Assembly (NCBI GenBank): GCA_965235115.1
Contig: OZ249437.1
Span: forward strand, 35,898,001 to 35,962,000
DNA: 64,000 nucleotides
From: Laetmonice hystrix
Taxonomy: Eukaryota
Reading direction: 5' to 3'
Part shown: positions 39,701 through 51,621 of the stretch, piece after piece
Layout: every line of letters begins with the position of its first letter
Position numbering within the stretch: the stretch's first letter is position 1
The notes under the pieces: model-generated
Told to the model about the DNA's origin: nothing
Database searches by the model: none
What the model saw: the letters and a program-made list of their open reading frames with translations, nothing else
Program-made: the position numbers and the translations under genes

Positions 39701-42700
39701 TTACGTTGGGATTGGGTTAACTAGAAGCGCGAAACACATGTTCACCAAACGGCCTTTCTGATACAGGATTGGGCAGAGCACCTAGTTACGTACCATCACA
39801 TAACTGTGCCATAAAAGTAACGACAAAATGAGCAACACCCCAATTATGTCATTCAAAGACCAAGCAATTGTATTTCCGATCAATCGGGAATTATTCCCGG
39901 AGCTCGGACTAATCCTGGCACACGGTTAACACCTGGGGCCCAGTTGATCGGGCAGTATCGAATCACCCTTTATGGGGTAAGTAGAGGGGTCTGGCTGCAC
40001 CTGCCCGGGGGGTGTTATATACACCTGACCATTATCAACCTGTGTGACTCAGGTGTGTCAACCGTATCAGGTGTCTTACTCAATGTACAGGGAGAGATAT
40101 GTCACCCTTGGAGTAGTTAATGAAGGCACGCTCAAACTCAATACACAATGTATTTAGGCACCACCCATACCCACCAACGGAATGTGATCGCCTTTCAAGT
40201 TCGCCTTTAATTGACACACAACTAAAACGTTTTACTGTACTTGGTGCAAGGAACCTAAGTGGTTCTACATGAACAAAGGCCCTTTGTAGATAACCCCCCA
40301 ATTCCAATACATTGTAATATCATATTATAGAAAATAACTTCGGTTTGATCGTCATATCCTTCATTCATGATCTCCAATACGACGTTGTTCATTTCCCCCA
40401 AACTCAAGTTCAATCTGTTTGACGTTTGCGCCTGGCCTACAAATTAATCTCACATATTAATTAAAGTCTTTGGATCCTAACATTTTCAATGCAATATGAC
40501 GATAGAATATCTCACAAAACGTACATTTCAATAGACCTTTCCTGTAATCAGTTTGAAACCCAAGTAGAAGGAGTGGACTGCCATAGAAATATGTTTTTCA
40601 ATCCGTATAGTGTTTGTTCAATATCCCTTCATGTCTGAGACACTGGGTGAGCCTTCCCAGATGTCTTAGATTACAACCATAGTTGATGTCATTCATCAAC
40701 TGATGAAGATGACGACAAAAAGTCTCTGCCACAGGCCACCGACCTTAAACAACTCCATGGAGGTAGGGTCTCGAGTTTCCTATACGACCCAGAGCACAGC
40801 TCCTAAACCAGACACCGACAGCTCCTCGGCCAGGGGCACGATTTCAATAAGATACTTACCCCCCAAACCAGGCAGACCAACCCCTCCCCTGTACCAGTGG
40901 GGAAGAACTCCGAACAAAAGCCGTCCACTATGTGATTTCAACCTGTCCCGTTCGGGACCACTAAACACTTTCTACCTCTGAATACCGGTAACTCCCCGGA
41001 CACGTACCTGGAGATATTTGACCCTTCCTAATATCTTCACACATGATTCATGAACGAACCGCTGATCACAGTACGGGTGTGACAGAAACTTCAGACAGCG
41101 ACACAATACCCTGTGTATATCATGAATAATTCCTAGTCTTGGCGATGGTCCCGCTACAAAATGATCCAGTTATTGCTACAAAACAATATTTGTTCATTCA
41201 ACCACAATGAGCGCAGCCGATTCTCCACTGAGGGCAGCAATGAGTTAATGACGACCATTACTGCTGTCCACGACTGTTGTTTATGTAGTACTATACTACA
41301 AGTATCCTGTCACAGTATATGCGACATAAATGGCCATTAAGTGAATTACTAGCATTTAAAAGTCTGACCTCATCCCTTTTAATTTTCTGCTGTAGGCCGA
41401 TGGCAATGATGGAGCGATTTAGTGATGCTGACAGAATGCGTCATGCCTGACAGTATCTGCTGGGGTACTGGGGCGCGAGCATACATATTCACTTACAGAT
41501 CATATTTCACATACTTGAACGCCTAAACTTTTCACAAGCCCTAACATGTAAGCTGAAATCACTGCCATTGTGGGCCTATCGTCAAATCTGAGAAAAGCAA
41601 AATCATGGTGGGCTGTTCTAATTCACATGTTTATCTTTCCGTGAGATCCCTTCTCGGGATAATACAAACCACCTATGGCCCATGGGGTTCGTACTGTGCG
41701 TACGATAACTTTGGATGGGTTTCATCAAAGGAGTTACTTTTACGTCAGGCGGGAAGGTCATCTTACCTGACATGAGGATGGTGGCTGAGCGGGTAGCTTG
41801 AACTAAATGGCGGCTGCCAGGCACAAAAAACAAAAAAAACCATAACCTTTCTCTCAGCTTCACCAAAGAGATCCACGTCCAGAAGCGGCACTAACCACAC
41901 CACATAATAACACAATGCCATCCTTACGCACTACTTATTCATATCTTGTCTGTTTTCCATGTTGCCATGACAACCACCTGATACAAGACGCAGGGATGGG
42001 TGGATATAAAAGATCTCAATTAACTCACCGCGGCTGTGTACCGGCCATGAATCCACGTCATTGTAGCCCAAAGGAAGGGAAAACTATGGAACCGTCAATA
42101 TGGCAGGTGGTGTCATAGAACTGGTAATAAATCACCTCAGAGTCTGACATGAGATCACAGACTTGGGATCTCTTTGTTCTGGTCGGGCCACTTAGTGCTT
42201 CCGCGACATCTACTATCATCATATTTCATACGAATGCTGTCCCTTTTATACAGTTGGTAACTTTATGTCAGAGTCTGTTATCAATGTGGCTTTATACAAA
42301 AAACTTATAAGAGATGTGAACTTTCTAAAAGCAGAGCGAGTGCACCATAATGCGGTGGTAACCACTTACTCTGAAAGTTCTGCACAATTCGCCCAGACAG
42401 CACTGACATGTGCGACTCCACACCGATTACTATTGGTCGAATCCCCATCGTGACGGATATCGGCCATAAGTAACAGTAGTATTCACTCTCAAACTTCCTT
42501 TACATACAACTCCAAAATAGAGAATAGAGATTCTCATCAATGTGAAAACAATGTTGCCGAAGAATATAATTACATGAGGCTTCCTGCCCTTAATTTTGCA
42601 GACAGGCCAGGTAAATGCTCTCGCCCTATTTCCAGTGGTGACAACGGGAACTCTTTTTTTTATCCTGTTATTTAACAATACGGCAAGCAGTGCAGGCGCA

Positions 42701-45700
42701 CATTAAGAAGGACATAAGGAATATAGATTTGCACATTCTTAATGACTAGATCCTCATTTCTGTGGGCTTAGTTCATGATGAGTTTTCCCAATCCATCTTT
42801 ACAACTGAAATGTGAGGCAGCGCCAGTGCCTCCACAAGAACCTGTAGTATGCTGCTTTCATTACCACGCTATTTGAGTTTTGACTAGAGGAAACAAATTC
42901 ACCCACGTAAACGACTCTAAGCTCTCGGATAACACTCCATCAATGACCACCAGTATTTTTTACAAAATGTATGATATATATTTCGGCCCACTCTTATACA
43001 CTATACCCGTATTCCTATGAACCACATGTCCAAAGTATAATATATCACTCATGTTGGCACATTTTCCCTCTGCTTTCCACTCTTCCAAAAATCAATAACA
43101 GAATCGACTCAAAGAAATCAATGGTGAACTCAATCCGAGGTGGGAATTGGTAGCCAAACTAGTCATGTTGCTTTGTGAAAGGCATGGCAAGTAGGACAGG
43201 ACTAACAAAGGCAGGGGGGGCGGCACCCCGATCTCACGCCCAACCTCGGGCCGAGGTAGAACTCAGTCTGAATTATTCATCTTACCCACACAGCAGTTCA
43301 AGCCAAACCGTTTCCGAGTGAATGTTACCGACTTGCCGTGGGTCTCATGTGATGCTTACAAGGAAATGATCCAGATTCCAGCCATCAGCTCATTACAATG
43401 AGAAAAGGTGACCTGGGCCTCTGGCTGTTCTCTGATTCAGTCTCATATGTACATGGAAAATTAGTGTTCGAATACACTTAGACTGATATAGGACGGTAAA
43501 CAATTGTAATCTTGGCATCCTTCTTTAACTTCGCATATTCAGCTTATTCTTTAGATTTGTTTGTGTCTTCCTAAATGGTAAAATAAGGACAACACCGAAA
43601 AACTGCTAAGGTTGCACTCTATGGGTTTGAGGTTTTTTTATTTCTTGTCCATGCATGTTCTTCACAATAAAATCAGATTCCGAGTTCATTTGCAACTAAA
43701 GTTGGCATGTTTCAGCTGTGTTATAAGAAAATGGGAAATATTGTTCCCGTTTTTCCTTCAGTTGTTAAATATTCCATACCGAAACGGTAATTTGTATACG
43801 CCATACCGGTAGTTTGTGTTGTATTCCATCATATTACTCGGTAATTGGCCTTGACACTGTCACTTTCAACACTTTTCTGTGGTTAGAAATTCCATATTTA
43901 TTCCTCCCAGCCACTCCATGATTCATCCTGAATTCAATTAACATTATTCATATAGAGAATGTACAGGGAAATGCAATATCTATGGTGTCAAAAATGAGAA
44001 ATTATTAAATGTTGCCGTCCATCCCTATTGCGTCTGAAAATGACGGCCTTATTAAGTATACTCCCCCCTCCCCCTCCCCCCCCCCAAAAAAAACAAGCTT
44101 GTGAAGCTTATAGCCCCCACCACGAACTATGGATTCTTGAAAAAACGATGCACGACTTCAATTGATCTTTGAAGGGCAAAGGAAATATTGTCAAATGAAA
44201 CTTCGTAAACTTAGTAAAGTTCTATGCAGTTATATGTAGGCCTACAGCTTGATGGCGTTATCCGGCGTAAAGATGCATGTGTCTGCAATAACTATGCAGT
44301 TATATACAGTTTGATAGTGTTATCCGACATGAAGTGTTTTGTAGATATGCTTGACCTTGATTGACCTTTAGAGGTCAGTTATGTACAGTTTGATAGCGTT
44401 GTCTGGCGTGAACCAACTGATAGGGACAAATTATCTGTGGGTCCGGGAACTATGCGTACTTTTGGCACGCTTGTTGCCCCTTATGCATTCTGTCAGCAAG
44501 AACGAAATCCAGAAAATGTCAGAGTTATTGCTTCGAATTTCTTTAAATCCAAGATGGCCACCAAGCAGCCATTTTTAATGATATATTTGACCTGTGTCCT
44601 CCTTAAACTGTCCCTGGTTATTATGTAATGTTTCATGCAAGATTAGATGTTGTTATTTTCAACTGGTTTGGAGGTACAGGCAATTAAAATATGCATGACC
44701 TTGATTGACCTTTCAAGGTGGCTCAAGGTCATGGAAAATGACCCCAAATGAAACTTCATATATGACTTCCTATCTATCAATAATAATAACTATTGCCTTA
44801 TCTTGCACCGTTTTCGAGATATGAGCCAAAAACAGTGTTATGGGGGGGGGGGGGGTAAAATGTTAATATGGCCGCCATGTCGCCATATTTTCTCTGATCT
44901 GGCAATACATTGGCATATACATTGCCCCTCATATACACCTACTTTCCACCAAATTTGAAAGAAATCGGGATTGTTTTGTCTGAGTTATTGCTTCAAATGT
45001 GTTTACATCCAAGATGGCCACCACGCGGCCATTTTCACTGATGTCAAAAATATCTTTGACCTGCCTCATCCGTGGACTGTCCCGGATCATTATGTAATGT
45101 TTCATGCAAGATTATGTCGTTATCTTTAACTGTTTTGAAGATCCAGGCTACTGCAAATATGCATGACCTTGATTGACCTTTCAAGGTCGCTCAAGGTCAT
45201 CGAAAATGGCGCCAAATGAAACGTCATATATGACTTCCTATCTATCAATAATAGTAACTATTGCGTCATCTTGCACCGTTTTCGAGATATAAGCCAAAAC
45301 AGTGTCATTGTGGGGGTCAAGAAACAAATATGGCCGCCATGTCGCCATTTTGGATCTGAATTGAAATTTTATTGTGATGCATATTGGCCCTCATTATGCC
45401 TCATCCCTGCACCATGTTTGAAAGAAATCGTGATTGTTTTGGCTGAGTTATTGCTCAAAATGTGTTTACATCCAAGATGGCCGCCAAACGGCCATTTTGA
45501 ATGATATCAAAAATCTGTTTGACGTGCATCATCCTCAGTTCATCCCTGCTCCTTGTGTGAAGTTTCAAAGAAATCGACCCATACACTTCTGAGAAATCGC
45601 TGTCTACGGACATACGGACGGACGGACGGACGGACGGACGGACGGACGGAGGTTGAATTATAAGCCCCCCGTTGTGGGGGCTAAAAAAATCACATATAAC

Positions 45701-48415
45701 CAGGGGCCGGTTTCTTTGTCCCGTTTGATACCCCTAAATAGTCACCCTCATTGCCTCGCCGTTTTTTGTTTTTCTTTTGTTGTTGTTTTATGGCTGAAGT
45801 TAGGCAAGGGACTTGCCCAATGACTGAGAAACCGCGGCCCCTGGACTTTCACTAGCCGACTGCAATCCCATACATAACACTCTATTCTGGCATAAGCATA
45901 AAAGACCTCTAAGGAAAGTCTCTTTATTTTACTTATATTATTATTATAAGAAGGTCCTTTTGATCAGGCTGAATACTTTAAGAACATTAGCCACAATGAT
46001 CCCAGGGAAGTGCCAGGCAGCCTTCGGTAAGTTGGCTCTGCCATAAGGCATTCTTATTCAGACACCCACCAGTAGCGGGTGATCCCACCAGAAGGCATTA
46101 CGGTATACACACCTACCGATAACCGGAAGGTCCTGTAAATGCTCCAAGGTATTCCAGACCACGATCTTTCATAAGTGGACTGTCCCCTCAGTGCCTCTGC
46201 CCATTTTCTCTTCCGGGTGGCCATTAAACACCTCATTGTCATCACACCCAACATTCCTATGGAGATGAGCTAAGTCGTCGATGTTATGTGCTTGCTTTCT
46301 ACCAGGGAATGGTCATTAGACAGGACGGAGCCCCCGGGGCTTTCCACATCCTTGACCGCCAGGTACACACACACACCTACTGACCAGTGACCAACACTAC
46401 TTCCTCAAAGCTTTCTTACTTTCAAATTTACTTAAACCATACCTTAAATTGACAGTCCTAGTTTTGTGCTATGTGAAGCCCTAGCAACACCTACTGGGTG
46501 TCCCAAAAGTTACTGTGCGGTCAAATTATTATTATATTCCAGTGGACATTAACTTTTGGGACACAATGCCTTACAAATATTCCTCAATGCTGTCACAGTT
46601 ATTGCTACCCCTACATAACATTTCCCGACTTCACAGGTTTGGGGAGAATCCCTTGCAGTCACCACCTCAAGGCCACCAATCGGGATATGTTTATCTACCA
46701 GGGTTCCCCACGTTTATGCAATTTATGTATAAATTCAGTGTACATGTACATACATTTATGATAGTGGTTTCCTCAGCAATAATATTGACCGTATACACCA
46801 CGTTTTTACTGGCAAGGTTTGATCGGAGGACTGAATGCCTGTCTGTCTAACGTGGCCAGTCCGGTGACGTGACGTCCTTGTCACGTCCCTGTGATAGGCC
46901 TACTGTACTGAAAACAACCCTGATTGAAACCTCCCACACAAGAGTCCCAAAGTCTTACATGTCCAACAGGCTAGTCAATTGATGGATCACGTTCTACGTT
47001 GGCTTTATCAAAGGAAATAGTGTCCTCAAGTGCCAGCCTGACCAAACCCCAATTTGCGACAATGACAATGTCGGATTTTTCGGTCGGTGCAAAGAATGAC
47101 GTTAAATTCCTCCATGTTTATGGTCTGGGTTAAAAGTGTACGGAACATGACGGTTACTAAACGTTACGAGTGTGTCCAACGGAGTCTCTACCCGTACTCG
47201 AATAGTGATCATAGTTCATGCCTCGTGCTCATGTTTCATAGAAGATACCTGTGGTTTCACAACAATGGACAGGTTACATGTACATGGAATCACTTCAATG
47301 AGGAAATGTTTTCTTCAACGTTCAGGTCAAACTCTTATAACAGTTACATATAAAGTTAACTTTGACTTTATAATGATACTAAAGGTATCAAATTATGAGT
47401 GACACGTTGTAAAACATTGTCATGACTTTTTACAAACACTAAAGTCTTGATAAGAACGGTATCTTTTTCTGAGCACAACCAATGCTTTGATAACACATTC
47501 CATAGTTCGCCAGTTGTATCAGAAAATAAATAAATTATTAACAGTCTTACTCTTTTGTTTCCCTCTCCTAAGTTCACATGGATCTTGAACCCTGCCATGG
47601 AAGAATCCACAGTTAGGATTTCTTTAAACCCCCCTCTAGTTTGTCTAATAAACCCAGCAGCTCTCAGGTACCAGCATAGAATGATTACATCCGGTTATAT
47701 GTTCACCTGATGGATTACCTATATCGATGACAGGTCAATTACTCTATGTCACGATTATCAGGATTTTTTTTGTCTGGAGCCAGTGAATGACAGCTCGATT
47801 ATCATAACAGATGGACTCCTACCTGACCATCAATGCGACTTTCTTACTGTTGTTACAATATTACTTTCTCCAACAAGAAATGTCGAGGAAAAGGCCACCT
47901 CAATACATACGTCACTATTGTCCACCTCTATGCAACTCAATGTATTCAGAAAACAGACCTGTCTAGTGTTTGAGTGTTGACTTCATATATCATTTCACAT
48001 TTACCACAACGGTGTGAAGCCGGAGTTATACGACATTGATATACCCGTCGTATTGTGTTTGTAAGAGTACCAATATTGACACTACAAGATCGGACTGGCA
48101 ATGAGGCAAGCTGGTCTCATCATTTTCACGGAGGTACAATCCACTCATCATCCGCCAAAGGCCTTTACCTTTTACTAGTCAGACAGACAGACAGACGATT
48201 AGCCAACAGGACGGTCTTGATTTAAACGATTCATAATGAAAAATTCACTTTGATACTTACTCAATTTGCCTCTCAAGGAAATCGACGCCTATTGTTTTCT
48301 TGTAATCCTTGGTGAAGATTCCCTTGCAGTACCGCTGGATCATGCTGCTCTTCCCTACTGCTCCATTGCCAACGATAACGACCTTGATGGCCGTTTCTAC
48401 CTCCTCCTCCCGCAT
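25159..48415 (-). CDS. RAB23: Ras-related protein Rab-23, complete CDS in 7 exons
   Basis: Exons (minus) 48415-48261, 35804-35719, 26705-26629, 26457-26378, 26120-26038, 25585-25502, 25286-25159. Translation: [147 protein letters not shown]. It has all G boxes, the RAB23-diagnostic N-terminus and a C-terminal CaaX. The first coding exon starts at a splice acceptor at 48484, so a non-coding exon lies further right. Confidence 0.96.
27974..28080. repeat. About 50-bp tandem duplication
   Basis: gccaagg..tacttcttacttaaa..acaaagttttcaactgaagtttttgcc occurs twice. Confidence 0.8.
30201..32980. mobile_element. Foldback-type TA-flanked element with about 390-bp imperfect TIRs carrying L1/Tx1 cargo (copy 2, complete)
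   Basis: 30201-30589 is the reverse complement of 32581-32980 (a few substitutions, one deletion near the outer end). Ends: TA-gtctaggtga / cacccggtc-TA. The interior 30779-32580 matches 1-about 1810. Confidence 0.8.
30924..32526 (-). pseudogene. Decayed L1/Tx1 ORF2 fragments (copy 2) with hAT-like MITE at 31421-31693
   Basis: Same motifs and same lesions as 146-1757. Confidence 0.8.
32995..33060 (+). other. tRNA-like segment (SINE head or tRNA pseudogene) inside the HINE
   Basis: A-box-like tggcgatggtc and B-box-like gggatcaatcccgg, followed by a T run. The cloverleaf is not convincingly intact. Confidence 0.45.
44091..45689 (-). mobile_element. Helentron-associated HINE/DINE-1-like element with internal about 465-bp tandem core repeats
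   Basis: End 1: aaacaagctt-gtg-aagctt hairpin + tatagccccc. End 2: (GGAC)n at 45615-45650 + agccccc-cgttgt-gggggct + A run. The core units at about 44545-45005 and about 45006-45470 are clearly homologous (ccaagatggcc...tatatgacttcctatctatcaataata...ttgcaccgttttcgagatat). Confidence 0.8.
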
Positions 48416-48416
48416 G

Positions 48417-48430
48417 GTTGCTATGGAAAC
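48417..48430. promoter_or_regulatory. RFX X-box immediately upstream of the RAB23 start codon
   Basis: GTTGCTATGGAAAC is a near-perfect palindromic X-box, with one base between it and the ATG. Another strong match GTTGCCATGACAAC is at 41961-41974. Confidence 0.55.
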
Positions 48431-50303
48431 GCGTCACCTTGCCGACTCTCCCGGTGCCCTCATGGGGTTACTGTACCATTAGGCCTGATGAGAGAAAATT
48501 GAACTAAAAGTTAAAACTATCAAAATGTATACACAAATGAATAAATAAAGCTTAGCGCAAACGGAAAATCCAACAACATTTCAACACGCATCCTCACTAA
48601 AAACACAAGTGAAGTAGCATTTTAAAGTCTTAACGCCATCCCAGTATTGCGCACCTACAAAACTTCTAGCACCTCCACATTCAGGAGTTGACCACCAAGT
48701 GCCAGCGGAAGTTCATACAGTTCATTCAAACGTTCTGAATATGGAGTGGACTCTCTGTCATATCTTGAGTGGATTCTTCAGAAAAGCCTGGGGCAGAACA
48801 TGTGGGCCGGAGCAAATACCGCCCCGTCACCTAGATTTCATGTTCTCGCCAAAAGCTACATCTCAAGACATCCCACATTGCAAAAGGTACATCACAGAGC
48901 TCGCGAGTGAAGCCTTTCTCCGTCATAACCACCTTGGGCTACGGATTCTCAGGAAAGTTTTAGTAAAACTCTCAAACAAAAGCTTCCCCTCAAATTCCAA
49001 TAAAAAGGGTTCTTCATTCAATAATGGTCGGGAATCCTGACTGAAGAATCAAAATGTGGTATTGCCCTAAGACTCAAAACAGATCACTGTGTTCAGGAAT
49101 TTGGGAAGGCGGGGGGGGGGGGGGGGGCGACTCATCTATTTCTGCCTCTGGTAACGTCAAATTCTATCGGTGACCGTTCAGTTTTAAGTCGGTCTGTAGA
49201 AATAAGGGGGGGGGGGGGCGCTTACGTCCCCCATCTCCCAGAATCTGGTCCTGGTGCCAAATAAACGACCATTCTGCAGCCTGATGAAGGGGGCCATGAC
49301 TTGACTATCGGTGCGTTCACCTCCATCACAAAACTTGTGTGTTCTGCCAAGTGTCCTCGGGAGACAGAAGATAAGTGATCCGGTGACATGTCCCCTGAAC
49401 CAGTGTCCCACTTGGGATGTCTGACTCGCTGTGTGCCTTCAGCTAGGACCGCCCCTGATTCGGCACTCCACCCCCCACCCCCTCCCCAACGGACCTGCTA
49501 CGTGACATGGTCAAATGTACAGTGTTCACCTTACGTTACCTTCACACTAAATTATCTGCTCGCATAGTTTTCTAAGTTTGCAAGTTTGACTCATGGTAAA
49601 ACAAATAAGAAACCTTATTATAAACGGTTTGCTGATTTATGAGTAGGAAGTTAGCTGTGCAGTATATTATCTAATAATATTGCCCGTCGTCAAAGCACTG
49701 GCGTTCACAGAAAATAAACGCCTTTGAGGATATCAAATAATCTAGGGTAATAATTATATGTAAAAAAAAAGCATACAAAAAATAACCCCACACATTAAAG
49801 AACCACCCTCTGCCCGCCAGCGTCAGTTTGCCCCCCCCCCCCGCTCTATGCCCTAAGATACTAAAACACCTCTTTAAACTCCTCCGAGTACTTGTACTTA
49901 ACCTTTGCGATATCTACCATTATGAAAATTCAAAGATAATAGCTTTACAACAGCAACTTCAGAGTCAGAAATAAACAGACTGGTATTCTTCTTTAATGCC
50001 CTGGTGTTTTGTGTTGTTCTGTTGAACCAGGAGTTGAATAAAAACTGAATTGCAGCATCGACTGGGAGAAACAAGCTTGTCTTTGGTTACTCGATATTTA
50101 TTTCTTGTCTTACTGGTGGGTGTTCTAAACCTACGGAAATGGACATGACGGGTCAATACTGGTGTTAACTGTTGTGGTAATCGATCATATTTTAGTGATT
50201 CAGGACATATATATGTGAAAGAATTTCAAGTCTGGCGGAATGTAAACTCTCCGGACCTGAATCCCTGCACCAGCTTTCCTTAGGGTTAGAAGACCGGTGG
50301 ACC

Positions 50304-50460
50304 CAGTGGCGGATCCCCCCCCCCCCCTTCAGCTGCTGACTAAATGTTATGATGGTTAAAATGGAGCAAAAAAAACCGGACCCTTTTCAAGGATCCCTTG
50401 AGTACACCTTCACCCAAACATCACCCCCCCCCCCTTTCCTGAAAGCTAGATCCGCCCCTG
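50304..50460. mobile_element. Poly-C MITE with CAG(T/G)GGCGGATC TIRs and 5-bp TSD
   Basis: Left cagtggcggatcc, right agatccgcccctg. Flanks are GGACC on both sides (50299-50303, 50461-50465). Confidence 0.8.
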
Positions 50461-51404
50461 GGACCTGCATTTCGGAGACTCAGGTCCGTCGGCCTGCATT
50501 CCAGGACTTGAAAAGCTGTAAACGTCAAGGTTGAAACGAAAATATAAGTACTTTAAAATACTGTGCTTTATTTTTTAACTATTCCACTAAAAATTCAAAA
50601 CCATTTCATTTCGCTGTCTTCCTCGCTGATCACTAAAAAGTAAAGAAAACAATTACGTTTTGAATGAAAGATTACCATACAGATTTCTACATATTTTTAA
50701 TATATTTTTGTGTCGACTTTCTTCAAGAAACAACCCTTTGTCTCTTGTCTGCTGTTGTGTGAACTGAATCCCACTCCTATTGTTTGCATTAGTCCAAAAT
50801 GATGCCTGTATCGTACCGTTAAAACCAATCCAATTAGAAGTGTCAACCACCTCAGGTCCATATGCACCAGGGCGGAACAACCTGGTGTCATCACATTGTA
50901 AAACATGTATATTTAACCATTACCTTTGAAGATACACAATGACACAGGACTGGACACGACCAACAACCCCGCCACCACGCAAGTGGTTCTCCCGAAATAA
51001 CTCCTCTTATGTTGAGGCATTGTCTAAGCCGGGAAATGACATGTTAATTCCCTTTAACCTCTACATCTTTCAGTTGTACAAGTACATGTATTTTCTAGTA
51101 TTTTCATGTTATGGAGAAATAAGCCAGTTCATTAAGTATACCTCCACAAAGTTTATGTTTCATATATTAAAATTATACGAGACTTACCTTGGTACAAGTT
51201 GAAGTAGAATTATAATTTTACCGAGGACAACACGTAGTGTTGTAGGGAATATCTGAGAAGGAGAGCGCGTGCGCGGGGAGACGGCAGACTTGAACTAAGT
51301 GCGAGTTGAAGCAAAGAATCCCCCTAACTGTACGAGACTGACCTTGTGTAAGTGTCCAAGTCCCCAGTATCAACCCTTTGAGACCTGGGGTGGGTGGGAA
51401 AGGG

Positions 51405-51539
51405 CAGATATTCCCTACAACACTACGTGTTGTCCTCGGTAAAATTATAATTCTACTTCAACTTGTACCAAGGTAAGTCTCGTATAATTTTAATATTTTA
51501 CCTCGGACAACACTGACGTGTTTCCGGAAATATCCGAGA
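51405..51539. repeat. DIRS internal complementary region (ICR)
   Basis: 51405-51494 is the exact reverse complement of 51166-51255 (90 nt). 51495-51539 is the exact reverse complement of 56451-56495 (45 nt). Together they spell the predicted circle junction. Confidence 0.95.
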
Positions 51540-51621
51540 CTTTTAGAGCTTCTTTGCGTCTTAACTCGCTTACGGGCATGACAACAAGACAAATGTATTA
51601 CTGCATACAGAACACACTTTA

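Noticed and set aside
40690-41000. Coding-looking composition in RAB23 intron 1
   Set aside because: No consistent frame or motif; probably a decayed transposon.
51166-51539. Long inverted repeat read as a CRISPR array, terminator or ncRNA
   Set aside because: Fully explained by the DIRS ITR/ICR architecture. The DNA is eukaryotic and has no repeat-spacer periodicity.
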